Positions 1 to 13,268 of a stretch of DNA of 64,000 nt are shown one piece after another; within the stretch, counting starts at the first letter, position 1, and each line of letters starts with the position of its first letter. Both the position numbers and the translations under genes were made by a program. The notes below the pieces were generated by a model. That model was not told the DNA's origin, ran no database searches, and saw only the letters and a program-made list of their open reading frames with translations. The stretch is from assembly GCF_009914755.1 (NCBI RefSeq), contig NC_060934.1; one strand, given 5' to 3'. The stretch is from the human T2T-CHM13v2.0 reference genome, Homo sapiens.

Positions 1-1477
1 GAGTTAACAAATCTCTAGAGTTTATTTTTTTGATTACATTTTGGAACTACTACAATTAAAATTTGTAGTTACAAATATCTCAGCCTAGGGGATATAATGC
101 TTTTGTTTTAAAAATCAGTATTCATAAGGTCATTTTACATAGAAATGTTAATTTCTATGGGGTATGTCTTTGAATTGATATTGACATATATCTTGGGACA
201 TTTTGGTATTTTGTAAATATAATTTTCCTTTTGTTTCAAAAAATTACATTTTTTGATAAACAAGATAATTTCTTTAGCAAGTATTTTATAATTTAAAATT
301 ATATTTTTTCATTAATAAAATAAAATATAATTATTTTAAATTCAACTGTAAGATAAATGTTTTAGTAGCAATTAAACTAGTCTGTAATTCTCATTTGAGC
401 TGAAAGGAAAACCAAAGATTTCAATAGTCCAAGATACTGCCATGTAATCAGTTATTAAATGGGGCTTTGAGACTCTCAACCTAGACAATCATACTCTAAA
501 GATAAGCAAATTACTTACGTATACCAGTCTACTGTTTATATTCTCTAATCTGAATATAAAGGGTTTTAAACATTTCTTTGCTTTCCATGAATTCCTTAAA
601 AATGACATCTGAGAATGTTTTTTAAAAAATGTTATATCTAAATGTGGATCCTGAATCATCCCCAGGTTGTAAAACAGGAAAGTTGTGTCGTTTTGTGAGT
701 AATAGGAAATACTAAGTATAGACAAGCTTCTAAGTGTAAGCCAATGCATACATTAAGTAAATTAAACCAAAAAAGATTAACCAGCCATGTTTCAGGTTTT
801 GGAACATGTAATGTATAAATGTAACCTACTAGAAAAATAGTTCTTTGCCATTAACCCTCAAACCAAATCATGAGACAATTTTTTCAGTTGCATTTGGAAG
901 ACCATGTTTGTTAGCTTTGGCTTACCATTTGCTGAATAAATAAAAATGGCATGTTTAATGCTAAGTAGTATTTATAACCAGACCATCAAACACCAAGTGG
1001 AATTCTGAGGGAGGGATTCTTTCATATTGAAATATAAAATAAACGTTTTGTCCTTAGGGTTTCATTAGATGGTACAAGATCTGTAAGGTAATGAGCTCAT
1101 CCATTTCTCATCATTATGTCAGCGCCCCCTTGCTGCTATACCTTCATTGATATTCCCTTTCCACCCTCTGCTCTATCACCAACCCCATCTATCTGCATCC
1201 CATGTTTTAAAGAAATTACAGGTAAAGGGAATAAACTCACTAGAACAGCCTTTATTCTGAAGAATATTGCTTGGTGAGGAAGCCTAATGATTAGAGTGAT
1301 AACTGACTCCATCAGGAAGCGAAGCAACTTCCCATCAGCAGAAGTGCCATTAAAAGCTCTAAATCCAAGCTAGACTTGCTGACTAAACAGAAATTGCACT
1401 TGTGGCGCTTTGTCAGCTGCCTGTAGTTTGACCCTCTCTCTTTTCTACTACCAGTAATAGTATGAATCCTTTTAGAC

Positions 1478-1640
1478 TAGTGGTACTCAGACTTTAGCAT
1501 GCATTGGAAGCACCTGGAGGGCTTGTTAAACCATAAATTGCTAGGCCACACCCCATACTTTGATTCTTTAAGTCTGAAGTAAGGCCCGGTAATTTGCATT
1601 CTCACACGTTACCAGGTGTTACTATTGGTTTGAGACTCAG
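1478..1640 (+). mobile_element. MER5A-like hAT-Charlie MITE
   Basis: TAGTGGTACTCAGACTT...CACCTGGAGGGCTTGTTAAA...AATTTGCATT resembles the MER5A consensus. Confidence 0.75.
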
Positions 1641-1725
1641 TGTTTTTTTAGACTAAGAATTGTCTTTGAATTTTCTCTTTTCCTGTCTCTTATGCCACCA
1701 CTGTCCCCATCGAAGCCTATCATCT

Positions 1726-2061
<336 letters not shown>

Positions 2062-2217
2062 TTATTAGCTTTTCCTATATTGGTTTCATCTATAGTGAGG
2101 CAGCATTTTACCATGGAGTCCAGTTTCATTATTATAACTTAGAATATCTTTACCAGTTTTGGAATTGTTCATACCTTCTCCAAGTTATATTTCTCATGTG
2201 ATAATCCCCTTACATAG

Positions 2218-2527
<310 letters not shown>

Positions 2528-2934
2528 TCTTTTTTTTTTTAAATGATCACATTTCAATATCTAAGTAGATACTTTCACTCTCTGAGGTATTGTCATATAT
2601 GTAATCTTCTAAATATATATTGGCTGTTTAAGGCATGGGGATAGCATTTCATAGAGGAGTGTGCAGGTCATTCCCCAGCAGTAGAAAATAGTGTTATGAC
2701 TAGCCTTCTGGAGTTAGATATTAGGTGAGGAGAAAGATCTTTTGCATATTCCTCTTGAAGCAGCCACTGCTTTAGCCACAAAAAATACAGCCTCTTTTTA
2801 CCTGGGACACGGTTAACTAGACTAGTGCTTTTTGCTTCCCATAAGTGGTCAGGTTCTAATTTCTGAGGGTAAGAGATGGGTTTTCTAGGATATGGAGCAT
2901 TCTGGGAGGACTAGGTATATCATAAGAAAGAAAA

Positions 2935-3070
2935 TACTAGTTGGAAAGAATTGACCATAGACCTCAGAGGTTTTCTAGTTCAGCTTTCTCATTTTATATG
3001 ATAGGAAATGGAACATTTCCTGGACTTGCCTAAAGTTTTACAGCCAGTTAAACACACATCAGTCGACCTC
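2935..3070 (-). mobile_element. MIR fragment
   Basis: CTAGTTCAGCTTTCTCATTTTATATGATAGGAAATGGA resembles an antisense MIR core. Confidence 0.55.
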
Positions 3071-3083
3071 TGTTTCAGTCTTA

Positions 3084-3500
<417 letters not shown>

Positions 3501-3503
3501 TCA

Positions 3504-4019
<516 letters not shown>

Positions 4020-4609
4020 TTATATTAAGGTAGGTTATCTATGCTTTATTAACATCTCCAGAATTCAGTGACTTATTTTCCACTTACATGTAGTTCAGTG
4101 TGGACTAGGTGGGGGTAGAAGAGGGTTTGTGTAACCAGGCTAATTCATCTGGTGGCCCCCATCCCCCAGAGCCTTTGAATTCTGCCCTGCATCTTGGATC
4201 TTTTGCAGCCAGCCTGTAAGGAAGGAGAGACCTTGGAAGAATCCATAGTAGGTTTTAAGAACTAGAGCTCAAATCTGGGACAGCAGCGTAAAAACAATTT
4301 TGTATGCTGTTTTATTAAAACATATGTTTAACATTTGTCCTTAATCATTAAGTACTATTAGAATATTATGCAGCCCTTACAATCTGTCTTATTATTAACT
4401 GTTCTTTTTAAACAGATATAAAAGCCTGTCTACTATAAAAGGACTCTTTTAGCTGCTCTTTAAAAGCACGTTGTCTTGATGCACTGTTTCTTAAGGGTCA
4501 CACATATACATATATATGTTAAAATGTTTGTATTCATTGACTCGATAATTCTCCAAAGAATTTACCTACAGAGTCCAAATGTGAAAAGTTAAATGCATAA
4601 GGATGAAAA

Positions 4610-4960
4610 TTATATTTGTAAACTAGTAAAGACTAGAAAAAACTGGACATGTTTGAAAGAGACTGGTCAAATAAGTGTTAGTAACTACACACATTATACA
4701 ACATTAGCATATAACACAGCCATTAACAATGATGTTTATTTGCTTAGAAAGATGTTACAGTAAATTATGGGCTATAATATGTGTAATATGAAAAAGTTGA
4801 TTGCATGAATGTACATGTATATGTGAATAGATACCTTTATGTGTGTTTGGAGGGTATTACCACAGTGTTTCCTAGCGATTATTTCTGTGTTGGCAGATTT
4901 GTGGTGATTTTTAACTTTTCAGAAACTCTTCAGAAATGTTTCTGTAGTTTTTAATTGTAA
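4610..4960 (+). mobile_element. Old L1M (L1ME-like) 3' fragment
   Basis: Degenerate L1M 3' UTR motifs (CAGCCATTAACAATGATG; GTGGTGATTTTTAACTTTTC). Confidence 0.45.
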
Positions 4961-5451
4961 CGACTTATATTTAAGCCCACTCTGGCCAGACCCTCTCCCT
5001 TACCTTGCACATTGCTTCTGGTATTGAGCCTTCCTAACTCTTCTCCTTCCAGAGTAATCATGTTGTTGCTTGCCCCACTCAGTCAGTCCGCTACCACCTC
5101 CTCCCATCCTTTAAGACCTTCTGACTTAAAAGTTCTCCTACCCCAATTTAAGCATTCAGGAACTGATTGGAGAAGAGCTTGAATTGGTGAAGTTAAAAAA
5201 AAAAAAGTGTTCAGGGCTGTAATTTAGGTGGAGGGACTAATGAGGAAGGAGGAGTGTGGCCCTGACCTTGAGGCATGATGCAGTGGCAGAGAGTCCCAGC
5301 CACCTGGATATAATCTAGGAGGATTGTCTTTTGAAGTTAATGCTAATTATGTATATGAAAGTGAAGCTATTACAAACTGCTGAAGTTATTTCCAGTAGGA
5401 AAGCATACAGTGAGCACCCTGTTTAAAGAAAAAAGCAAAACCATAAAATAC

Positions 5452-5994
5452 TGTATTAGTTATCTATTGCTACATAACAAATTACCCCCAAACTAAGCAG
5501 CTTCAGACAACAAACATTATCTCACAGTTTCTGTGGAGCAGGAATCCAAGAGCAGCTTTGCTGGGTTCTGGCTCAGGATGTTTTATGATGTTGCAGTCAA
5601 GCTGCTGGCTTGGGTCTTCAGTCATTTCAAGGCTTGACTGAGGCTAGAGAAGCTGCCTCTAACTTCGCTCTTGGTTGTTAGCAATGCCATAGTTCCTCAT
5701 GAGCTTATGGTGGAGAGCTTCAGTTCCTTGCTAAGCAAGCCTCATCACAGGGTCATCTGAGTGTTCTTAAGATGTGGCAGCAGGCTTCCCTTGGAACAAG
5801 TAGAAGGATGGGGAGGACCCAAGATGGAAGCCAGTTTTTAAAATAATCTCATCTTGTGAACATACCACCACTTCTGCCCCTATTGCTGTTGCTCTCTCAG
5901 ACCAACTGTGATACAGCGTGAGAAGGGACTACACATGGTTGTGAATACCAGGAGGATGGGATGGTTAGGGACTTCTTAGAGGTTGCCTGCTGCA
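5452..5994 (-). mobile_element. MLT1F-like ERVL-MaLR solo LTR
   Basis: Starts TGTATTAGTTATCTATTGCT, ends ...GCCTGCTGCA; 5-bp TSD AATAC on both sides. Confidence 0.85.
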
Positions 5995-6429
5995 AATACT
6001 CATGCTGTTAGGTAAATCGTTAGGAAAGTTATTATTATTTTTTTTTTTCAGATTTCCAGTCTTTACCTCATAAAGATATGTTAGACATTGCTAGTTTGAA
6101 TGAGGTTTGGGTGAGAATATACTTAGTGGAACATGTGATGCAGCTTTCTTATCAACTTAGTGGAGATAGATTATGTAAAACCTTTGCCAAGACTGGAAGG
6201 TGATTAATAGGCCAGCTTACCTGAAACATGATTGAACAGATCGACACTGGCAGGATCACACAGCACAAATTTAGTTTGGCCAATTAATATATGTACCCAG
6301 TAATTTTTGATGATTATCATCCATAATTAGGAGTACTTAATTGCATATTTAAGTACTCATTATTCCATTGCAGTATAAAGCAGATAGTTTTATAGCAAAG
6401 ATTATGCCGTGGAGACATATACATACCAT

Positions 6430-7205
6430 GTTGTGGAATTTGGGCTTTTTTCTGTGGGAAATAGGGAGCCAAAGAAGGATTTATAAGAAGTGGATTGATG
6501 TGGTCAGATTTGTGTTTTAAAAATCTTCCTTTGGCAACAGTATTGAGAGTGGACTGAGAGAAGGTTGAAGGTAAAGAGATTACTAAAGTATGCCAGGAGA
6601 GAGAGAGTGCCTGAACTAAATCAGTGGACTCGGATAGAGAGGAAGAGACTTTTCCTGAAAGGAAAAATGGTAAAACAGAAGGAATGATGGAGTTTGAAGG
6701 TCAGGTTAAAGAAGTGCCTAATTTCTGGCATGGAGAAAGAAAACTGGAAAAAAGAACTTGCACGCACGCGCTCTCTCTCTCTCGCTCTCTCTCTCTCTCG
6801 CTCTCTCTGTCTCTCTCTGTCTCTCTCTCTCTCTCCGTGTGTCTGTCTCTCTGTCCCTCTCTGTCTCACTCATGCTGTATCTCTTGCTCATGCTGTGTCT
6901 CTCACTATCTCCCTCGCTGTCTCTCTGTCTTTGGAAGAATATGTGGGTGATAAGAGTTTGATTTTTCAACATTTGAAGATTGAGATACTTGAACAGCAGA
7001 CCACAGCAGGAGATTTTAAGTAGGTAGTTGAACATAGAGATCTGGAGCACAAGCTAGAAGTTTGACAGGACTGTAAATAACAGATCTGTGAATTAATAAC
7101 AGGAGAATTGAGAGTTGAAGTTGTGGGAGGCAGATGAGGTTTTCCAAGGTGAATGTGCAGAGTGAGAGAAGTACACCAGGGATGGAACTCTGTTGAATAC
7201 CAAGG
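6430..7205 (-). mobile_element. L2 fragment interrupted by a CT repeat
   Basis: Antisense L2 motifs (GGGAGCCA...GGTCAGATTTGTGTTTTAAAAATC; CAGTTGAA-like; GGAGCAGATGAG). Confidence 0.7.
6761..6931. repeat. Imperfect (CT)n / (CTGT)n microsatellite
   Basis: Seen directly. Confidence 0.95.
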
Positions 7206-7289
7206 TATAAAATCATCCTTTTTATAGCCACAATCCAGACTAAGAAAATGCCAGTGTAGGGATCCATTTCAATCCCGGCCCTGCTTGAG

Positions 7290-7392
7290 GTTACATTGAA
7301 TAAGGTATCAGACCCCTTTGTGACTTCAAATAAATGGTTTAACATCTCTAAGCCTAAGTTTCCTCATCTGTAAAACGAAAGGGTTGGTTCAA
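7290..7392 (+). mobile_element. MIR fragment
   Basis: TAACATCTCTAAGCCTAAGTTTCCTCATCTGTAAAA MIR core. Confidence 0.75.
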
Positions 7393-7704
7393 ATCAGCAG
7401 TTCTCAAGCTTTTTTCTTCTAGATTATGTGTGATATAGGATGTTCACACTCACATTTCCACAGACGTGCTTAGAATTATGGGCAATTTCCACTGCTCTGG
7501 TTCTCTGTCATACAAGAAATGCAAGATTGTGAGAACTAAGCTGTTATAACAGTAACCTTGGGCCTCCTCTGTTATATGTTTAAAAAGCAACTAGTTCAGA
7601 AATTTTCGTACTGAATCAACAAGAAGTTACTTGCAATAGATACCTGACAGCTGATAGGCATGTAGCAACAAAATCATTACTTAAAACTCCCAGGCTAGTT
7701 ATAT

Positions 7705-7872
7705 TACTTTTAAAATTCTTTTGGGATCACAGACCCCCTGTAAGAACTAATGAAGGCCATGGATTCTCCCCCCAAAAAATATGTGGATAATTTTTTTATA
7801 TTTGAGAGAATTCAAATAAAATATTCTAAAGTTGGTAGCGTCTCTTGGGATCCGTGACCCTGTATTAAGAAA
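7705..7872 (+). mobile_element. hAT-Charlie MITE (MER103C-like)
   Basis: TTTTGGGATCACAGACCCCC...ATGAAGGCCATGGATTCTCCCCCCAAAAAA...GACCCTGTATTAAGAA. Confidence 0.5.
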
Positions 7873-9539
7873 TTCCTTTTCCAGATAAAAATCCCCTTCT
7901 GGAAGATTTTATGACTTTATTTGTTGTAAAAGGAGAAGCATATTTCTTTGGAAATAAACTTTGTGATTAGATCTTTGTAGGTAAGTATTTCTATAGTAGT
8001 TTTAATTTTTAAATACTGTTGTTTGAGCTTGCCATAATTAGAAGACAGCCACCTATTCTGTGGATAAACTAGTGCCACTTTAAGAAAAGGTGATTTGGAG
8101 CACAATTATATTAGAATAACTACTAGCTATTTTAAATATTCTGTTCTATACTACTTGGGTGAGGGGAGGGTGTCAGCGAAGGCAGTGGTAGTAAGGCAGC
8201 CAGGAGGTGACAAAGAGTCCAGGCATTCAGGGGGCTTTCCTGGGGCAAGTAAAGCCTTTCTTGTTCGTGTTTGTCGGTCAGTCTTGCTCAAGTGACTTAG
8301 AGGTGTCTGGAAGTGTATGTTCAGTGAGCTGAGAAATAATCTTAAATCTTTTTACCAAAAAAACAACACTCATGATTTTTAAAATAAATTTATTTCAATT
8401 ATAATAATACTATCTTTAATCAGGAAATAGTCTAATAACATGGAATGTGGATTTTGGTGTTATCTAGAAGAAGAATTAGCACACTAATAAAATATTAATA
8501 GTCTTATTATTGATAACTGAGTTTTGTCTGGTGCTGTTTTTTTTTTTTTTTTCCATCAGTTTTTTTACTTCTTAGGCTTGGGAACCAAATCGAATTCTCC
8601 TGGTAATTACAAATAAGTACTGCTTCAATTTCTATCATCCAGTTATTTCATGAGAAAGTTTACAGTAATGGTAAAGCAGTTTGATTTTGTTCTTTGTCTA
8701 AAGTACACCCATACCAAGATAATTTAAATTAATTTTTATTCAAAGTAGTTATTAAAACTTTGAGGGGAAAACATAGAATGCATATTTTTCTACTTCAGAG
8801 TTTCGGTGGGTCATATTTAATATTTTTAAATAATGATCACGTATTTCAGCTTTTCAGCAAATGGCATGCACTGGCCTAGTAATGATTAATCTTGGCTCAA
8901 TGATCAAGAATGTTGACTTTGAAAACTTACTTGCAGGCTGTGGAATAGCCTACAGAGGACATAGTAATTTTGTTTGTGTTTCAATTATGTCCTGAAGATC
9001 TTGGTGTGTGTGGTTGTTGGGCCAGCCCAGTTTTCATTTGAACGGCTTGGCCTTTACAGGTGGACTTCTCTTCCAAATGAGTATTTCTTTTAACTTGCAT
9101 CCGAATTAATGTTCTTTAGAGAAATCTATAACTTAAATAAAGAAATTGACCTCCTCCCAGGTTTCTTTTTTTTAAACAAATCCTATTTATTTTTTAAGTA
9201 TGGCTGATCTTTTTTTGTATGACTTTCTATCTTTACTACGAAAGTTGCATTTGGATGTTTCTAGATATTTCACTCACCTATTTGCTGTTATTCCATTTTT
9301 AGGGTTAACTTAGCAGCCTGCTGCTTTATTTTTATTTTTTTAACCAAGGATGAATAGCTTGGTAAGAATGATATAGTAAAATGAACATGTATTTCTTAGG
9401 GAGAGGGATCACTATTGGAGCCACATTTTTTCCACTGCATAAGTTCTCCTAAGAGTAGATTGGGAAATTGTAAAAGCTATGTTAGTCTCTTGAAACTAAG
9501 ATATTATTTTCAAATTATTGCATCAGGGCTCTAAATTCT

Positions 9540-9760
9540 TCATTCAATAAATATTTTAATTCTTGCTGATAAACACTATGGGGGATACAATGATAAATCA
9601 GAAATAGATTCTTTTCTCAAGGAATATCTAGTCAATGGAGAAGATACACTGTGTGGTTAAATAACTACAGTAAAAAGTACAGATTAAGAGCTGTGGTAGC
9701 TCAAAGGAAATACTATTTTTGGGTTGAGAGGAGTGAAAATTAGGGGAGATATGAGCCTTA
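9540..9760 (-). mobile_element. L2 3' end fragment
   Basis: CATTCAATAAATATT...GGGGATACAATGATAAA...CTCAAGGA...CTAGT. Confidence 0.55.
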
Positions 9761-9776
9761 TAAAATTTGTTGAACA

Positions 9777-10065
9777 GGCCGGGTGCGGTGGCTCACGCCT
9801 GTAATCCCAGCACTTTGGGAGGCTGAGGTGGGCGGATCACGAGGTCAAGAGTTCAAGACCAGTCTGACCAATATGGTGAAACCCTGTCTCTAAAATACAA
9901 AAATTATGCAGGCATGGTGACACACGCCTGTAGTCCCAGCTACTCGGGAGGCTGAGGCATGAGATCGCTTGAACCTGGGAGGCGGAGGTTGCAGTGAGCC
10001 AAGATCATGCCCCTGAACTCCGTCCTGGGTGACAGAGCGAGACTCTGTCTCAAAAAACAGAAAAC
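9777..10065 (+). mobile_element. AluSg-like
   Basis: GGATCACGAGGTC; TSD AAAATT(C)TGTTGAACA. Confidence 0.95.
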
Positions 10066-10922
10066 AAAATTCTGTTGAACATCTAGAAAAAGGAAACTTC
10101 TGATTCTATAAATGAAACTTTATAGATTGATTATATTAGGACAGCTTATGTGAGAATTTGTCGCTTTATATTATTGTGTCTTCTGGCCTATTAGACCATT
10201 GGCTCCTTGACAGTGAGAATCATATATTTTTATCTTTGTGTTTCTAGAACTTCATACTTAATTGATGCTTATCATATGATTTTTGAGAGATGAATCAACT
10301 AGGAACCTAGAATTTTCCATACAAAATCAGACAAGCACTTCATGTATTCTTTGTTTAATGTAACATAGGTGCTGCCTTCTGTACATTAGCTTCAAAATGT
10401 TAAAAATATTCATAGAACATCCACAGCTGATAAGTAACACCAATGAAATTTTTATTTCAGATACAGTTAGTGATGTAATGGGGAGGAGAACAAATATATT
10501 CCTTCAAAATAAAATTGTAGACTAAAGAAGTAATAGGTGTCAAAAGAGGAGGTAGCAGAGAGTCTTTAGATTTCTCCCATGAGATTCAATTAATAAGACC
10601 CTTTTAATTCAAAATGAAGCTATGTGATTTATACTTTGGGACTAGGTAACTGTATGACCTTATCAAATGCTGTTTCTAAAAGTGCTATACTCATAGTAAA
10701 ACTATGTGTATAACTATGCATAGTCAGTCCTCAAAATAGATTGCTATGTGCATTTGGCTATGTGCATTTGAATTTTGACTACAGTCTTACAAGTGGAATC
10801 TTACTGTAAAGTAGTTCCAGACCTGAGGAAGAACGTCAGTTATTCAAGGTGTTGGGGGACTAGTTGGTTACTTAGTAGAAAATACTTTTCCGAAACACTG
10901 GGTAGTTTGAAGTAAAGTACCT

Positions 10923-11289
<367 letters not shown>

Positions 11290-11328
11290 TTAGTTATAGC
11301 AAAGATCTGTATAAATTTTATCTCCTTA

Positions 11329-12339
11329 TAGTTGACGCTTGAGCAATGTGGGTTTGAATAGCACAAGTCCACTTACATGCAGATAATTTTCAGTACATGT
11401 TTTGGAAAATTATTTGGAGATTTGTGACAATTTGGAAAAATGGATGAACTAGAAATATCAAAATAAGAATAAAGTCATGAATGCAGAAAATATATGTAGA
11501 TTCTATCTACTTCTATCATTTACCACCATAAAATATACACATATCTATTATAAAAAGTTAAAATTTATCAAAACTTACACACACAAACACAGACCATACA
11601 TGGCACTGTCACAGTTGAGAGAAATGTAAATAAACATAAAAAGGCAGTATTAAATCATAGCTGCATATAATTAACTCTCGTACATACTGTAGTCCTGTAA
11701 TCATGTAGCCACCTCTTCTTGCTGTTGCCGTGAGCTCAAGTGTTAGGAGTATTTACTTAAAAAGCTGTGTGATGTTAATCATCTATGTGAACAGTTCATC
11801 CTTCCAGTAAATTGTGTATTTCAGTAAAAAGTGACCTCTCAGTATTATTGTGTATCTTTCATTGTGTCTAATGCAGAAATGTAAACCTTGAATAACACCA
11901 TGAGACTCATACAAAGTGATACTTTCAAGAAGCAGAGAAAAGTCATGACATTCTAAGAAAAAGTTGAATTGCTTGATGTGTACCATAGATTGAGGTCTGC
12001 AGCTACTGTTGCCACCATTTCAGACAAATGATTCGTCTTGTAAACAGATGACATAAATTTATGGTATCAATAAATACAGTACAGTACCGTAAATGTATTT
12101 TCTTATGATTTTCTTAATATTTTCTTAGTATTTTCTATAGCTTGCTTTATTGTAGAGTACAGTAATATGTATATATATAACATACATAATCAACTGTTTA
12201 TGCTATCAGTAAGGCTTCCAGTCAATAGTAGGCTATTAATAGTTGGGGATAGTCCAAAGTTATACGTGGATTTTTTTTTTTTTTTGACTGCGTCAGAGGC
12301 TGGTGCCCCTAACCTCCCATGTTGTTCAAGGGTCATCTA
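11329..12339. mobile_element. Tigger3-family (Tigger3b-like) TcMar DNA transposon, non-autonomous
   Basis: Terminal inverted repeats TAGTTGACGCTTGAGCAA / TTGTTCAAGGGTCATCTA, TA on both flanks, about 1 kb. Confidence 0.85.
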
Positions 12340-12454
12340 TATGTAATTCTGGAGACGGGGAGGATCAAAAGCTTTGAAGGATATAAAATCTCATCTAAAG
12401 TGAAATTTTTATAGAATGTACATAAATGTATAGGTTAAATGGAAAGCAATGTTA

Positions 12455-12660
12455 CAAGAGCCAAGGGTATTCAAATTCTACTTACTGTTGTCACTTTGGG
12501 GAAGTTGCTGAACTTTTCTAGGTCTTGTTTTCCTCATCTACAAGATGGAGGTAATTGTTGACTCACTAAGGTAGTGGTGAGTATTAAGTACGATAAATAT
12601 GTAAATCACTTAGCATGATGCCTTGTACATAATAGTTGCTTTAAAAATAGTAGCTGCTAA
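12455..12660 (+). mobile_element. MIR
   Basis: TTTTCCTCATCTACAAGATGGAGGTAAT...GTAAATCACTTAGCA. Confidence 0.75.
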
Positions 12661-13184
12661 TCAAGCACAAAATACTGGTTTGGAAATATTTGGTTTGAAA
12701 TTGAAAAAGAATAACACCTTAAATAAATACTGTCATAATCCAGGATAATTTTGTCCTTTTTTTTGGTTTTATGAGGTTTGTATTGAAGCATTGCTGAAGT
12801 TCAGTGATTCTGAAGTGATGTCTACTATAAGCCCAAAGGGTCACAAGTGCTGACTACTGAGATGTAGTAGTTTTCACCCCAGAGACAGCAGAATGGAATT
12901 TCCACCAGATCACTCTTTGTGATAGATATTTTAAAAGCCATGCTATTCTAATGTGCCCTGAATAATATAGATAGCTAGTTCACAGTAGCTAAATAAATAT
13001 TATTCATTATCTTTCCATTTACCTTTAGGGCAGTTGTAAAAGTCATGCTATTAATAGATCATTTATATGTTTAAAACTCAATAATATAGGTAACTCACAA
13101 TTTACAAAGTAGATTTACCGACTTAACACACTTTTAGCAACAGTCTGAGTAATATTAGGCTTAGACAGTTTTACATAATGTACT

Positions 13185-13268
13185 TATAGTTGGAGACTTG
13201 GCTTCTAGTCTATGACTTTGGGCAAGTCACTTGGCTCTCTCAGCCTCAGATTGCTCATCTGTAAATGC
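13185..13268 (+). mobile_element. MIR fragment
   Basis: TGACTTTGGGCAAGTCACTT...CCTCAGATTGCTCATCTGTAAA. Confidence 0.75.

Noticed and set aside
4020-4290. Possible very old MLT1 fragment
   Set aside because: Similarity too weak to call by eye
6621-7050. ORFs rich in ER/SL repeats
   Set aside because: Produced by the CT microsatellite
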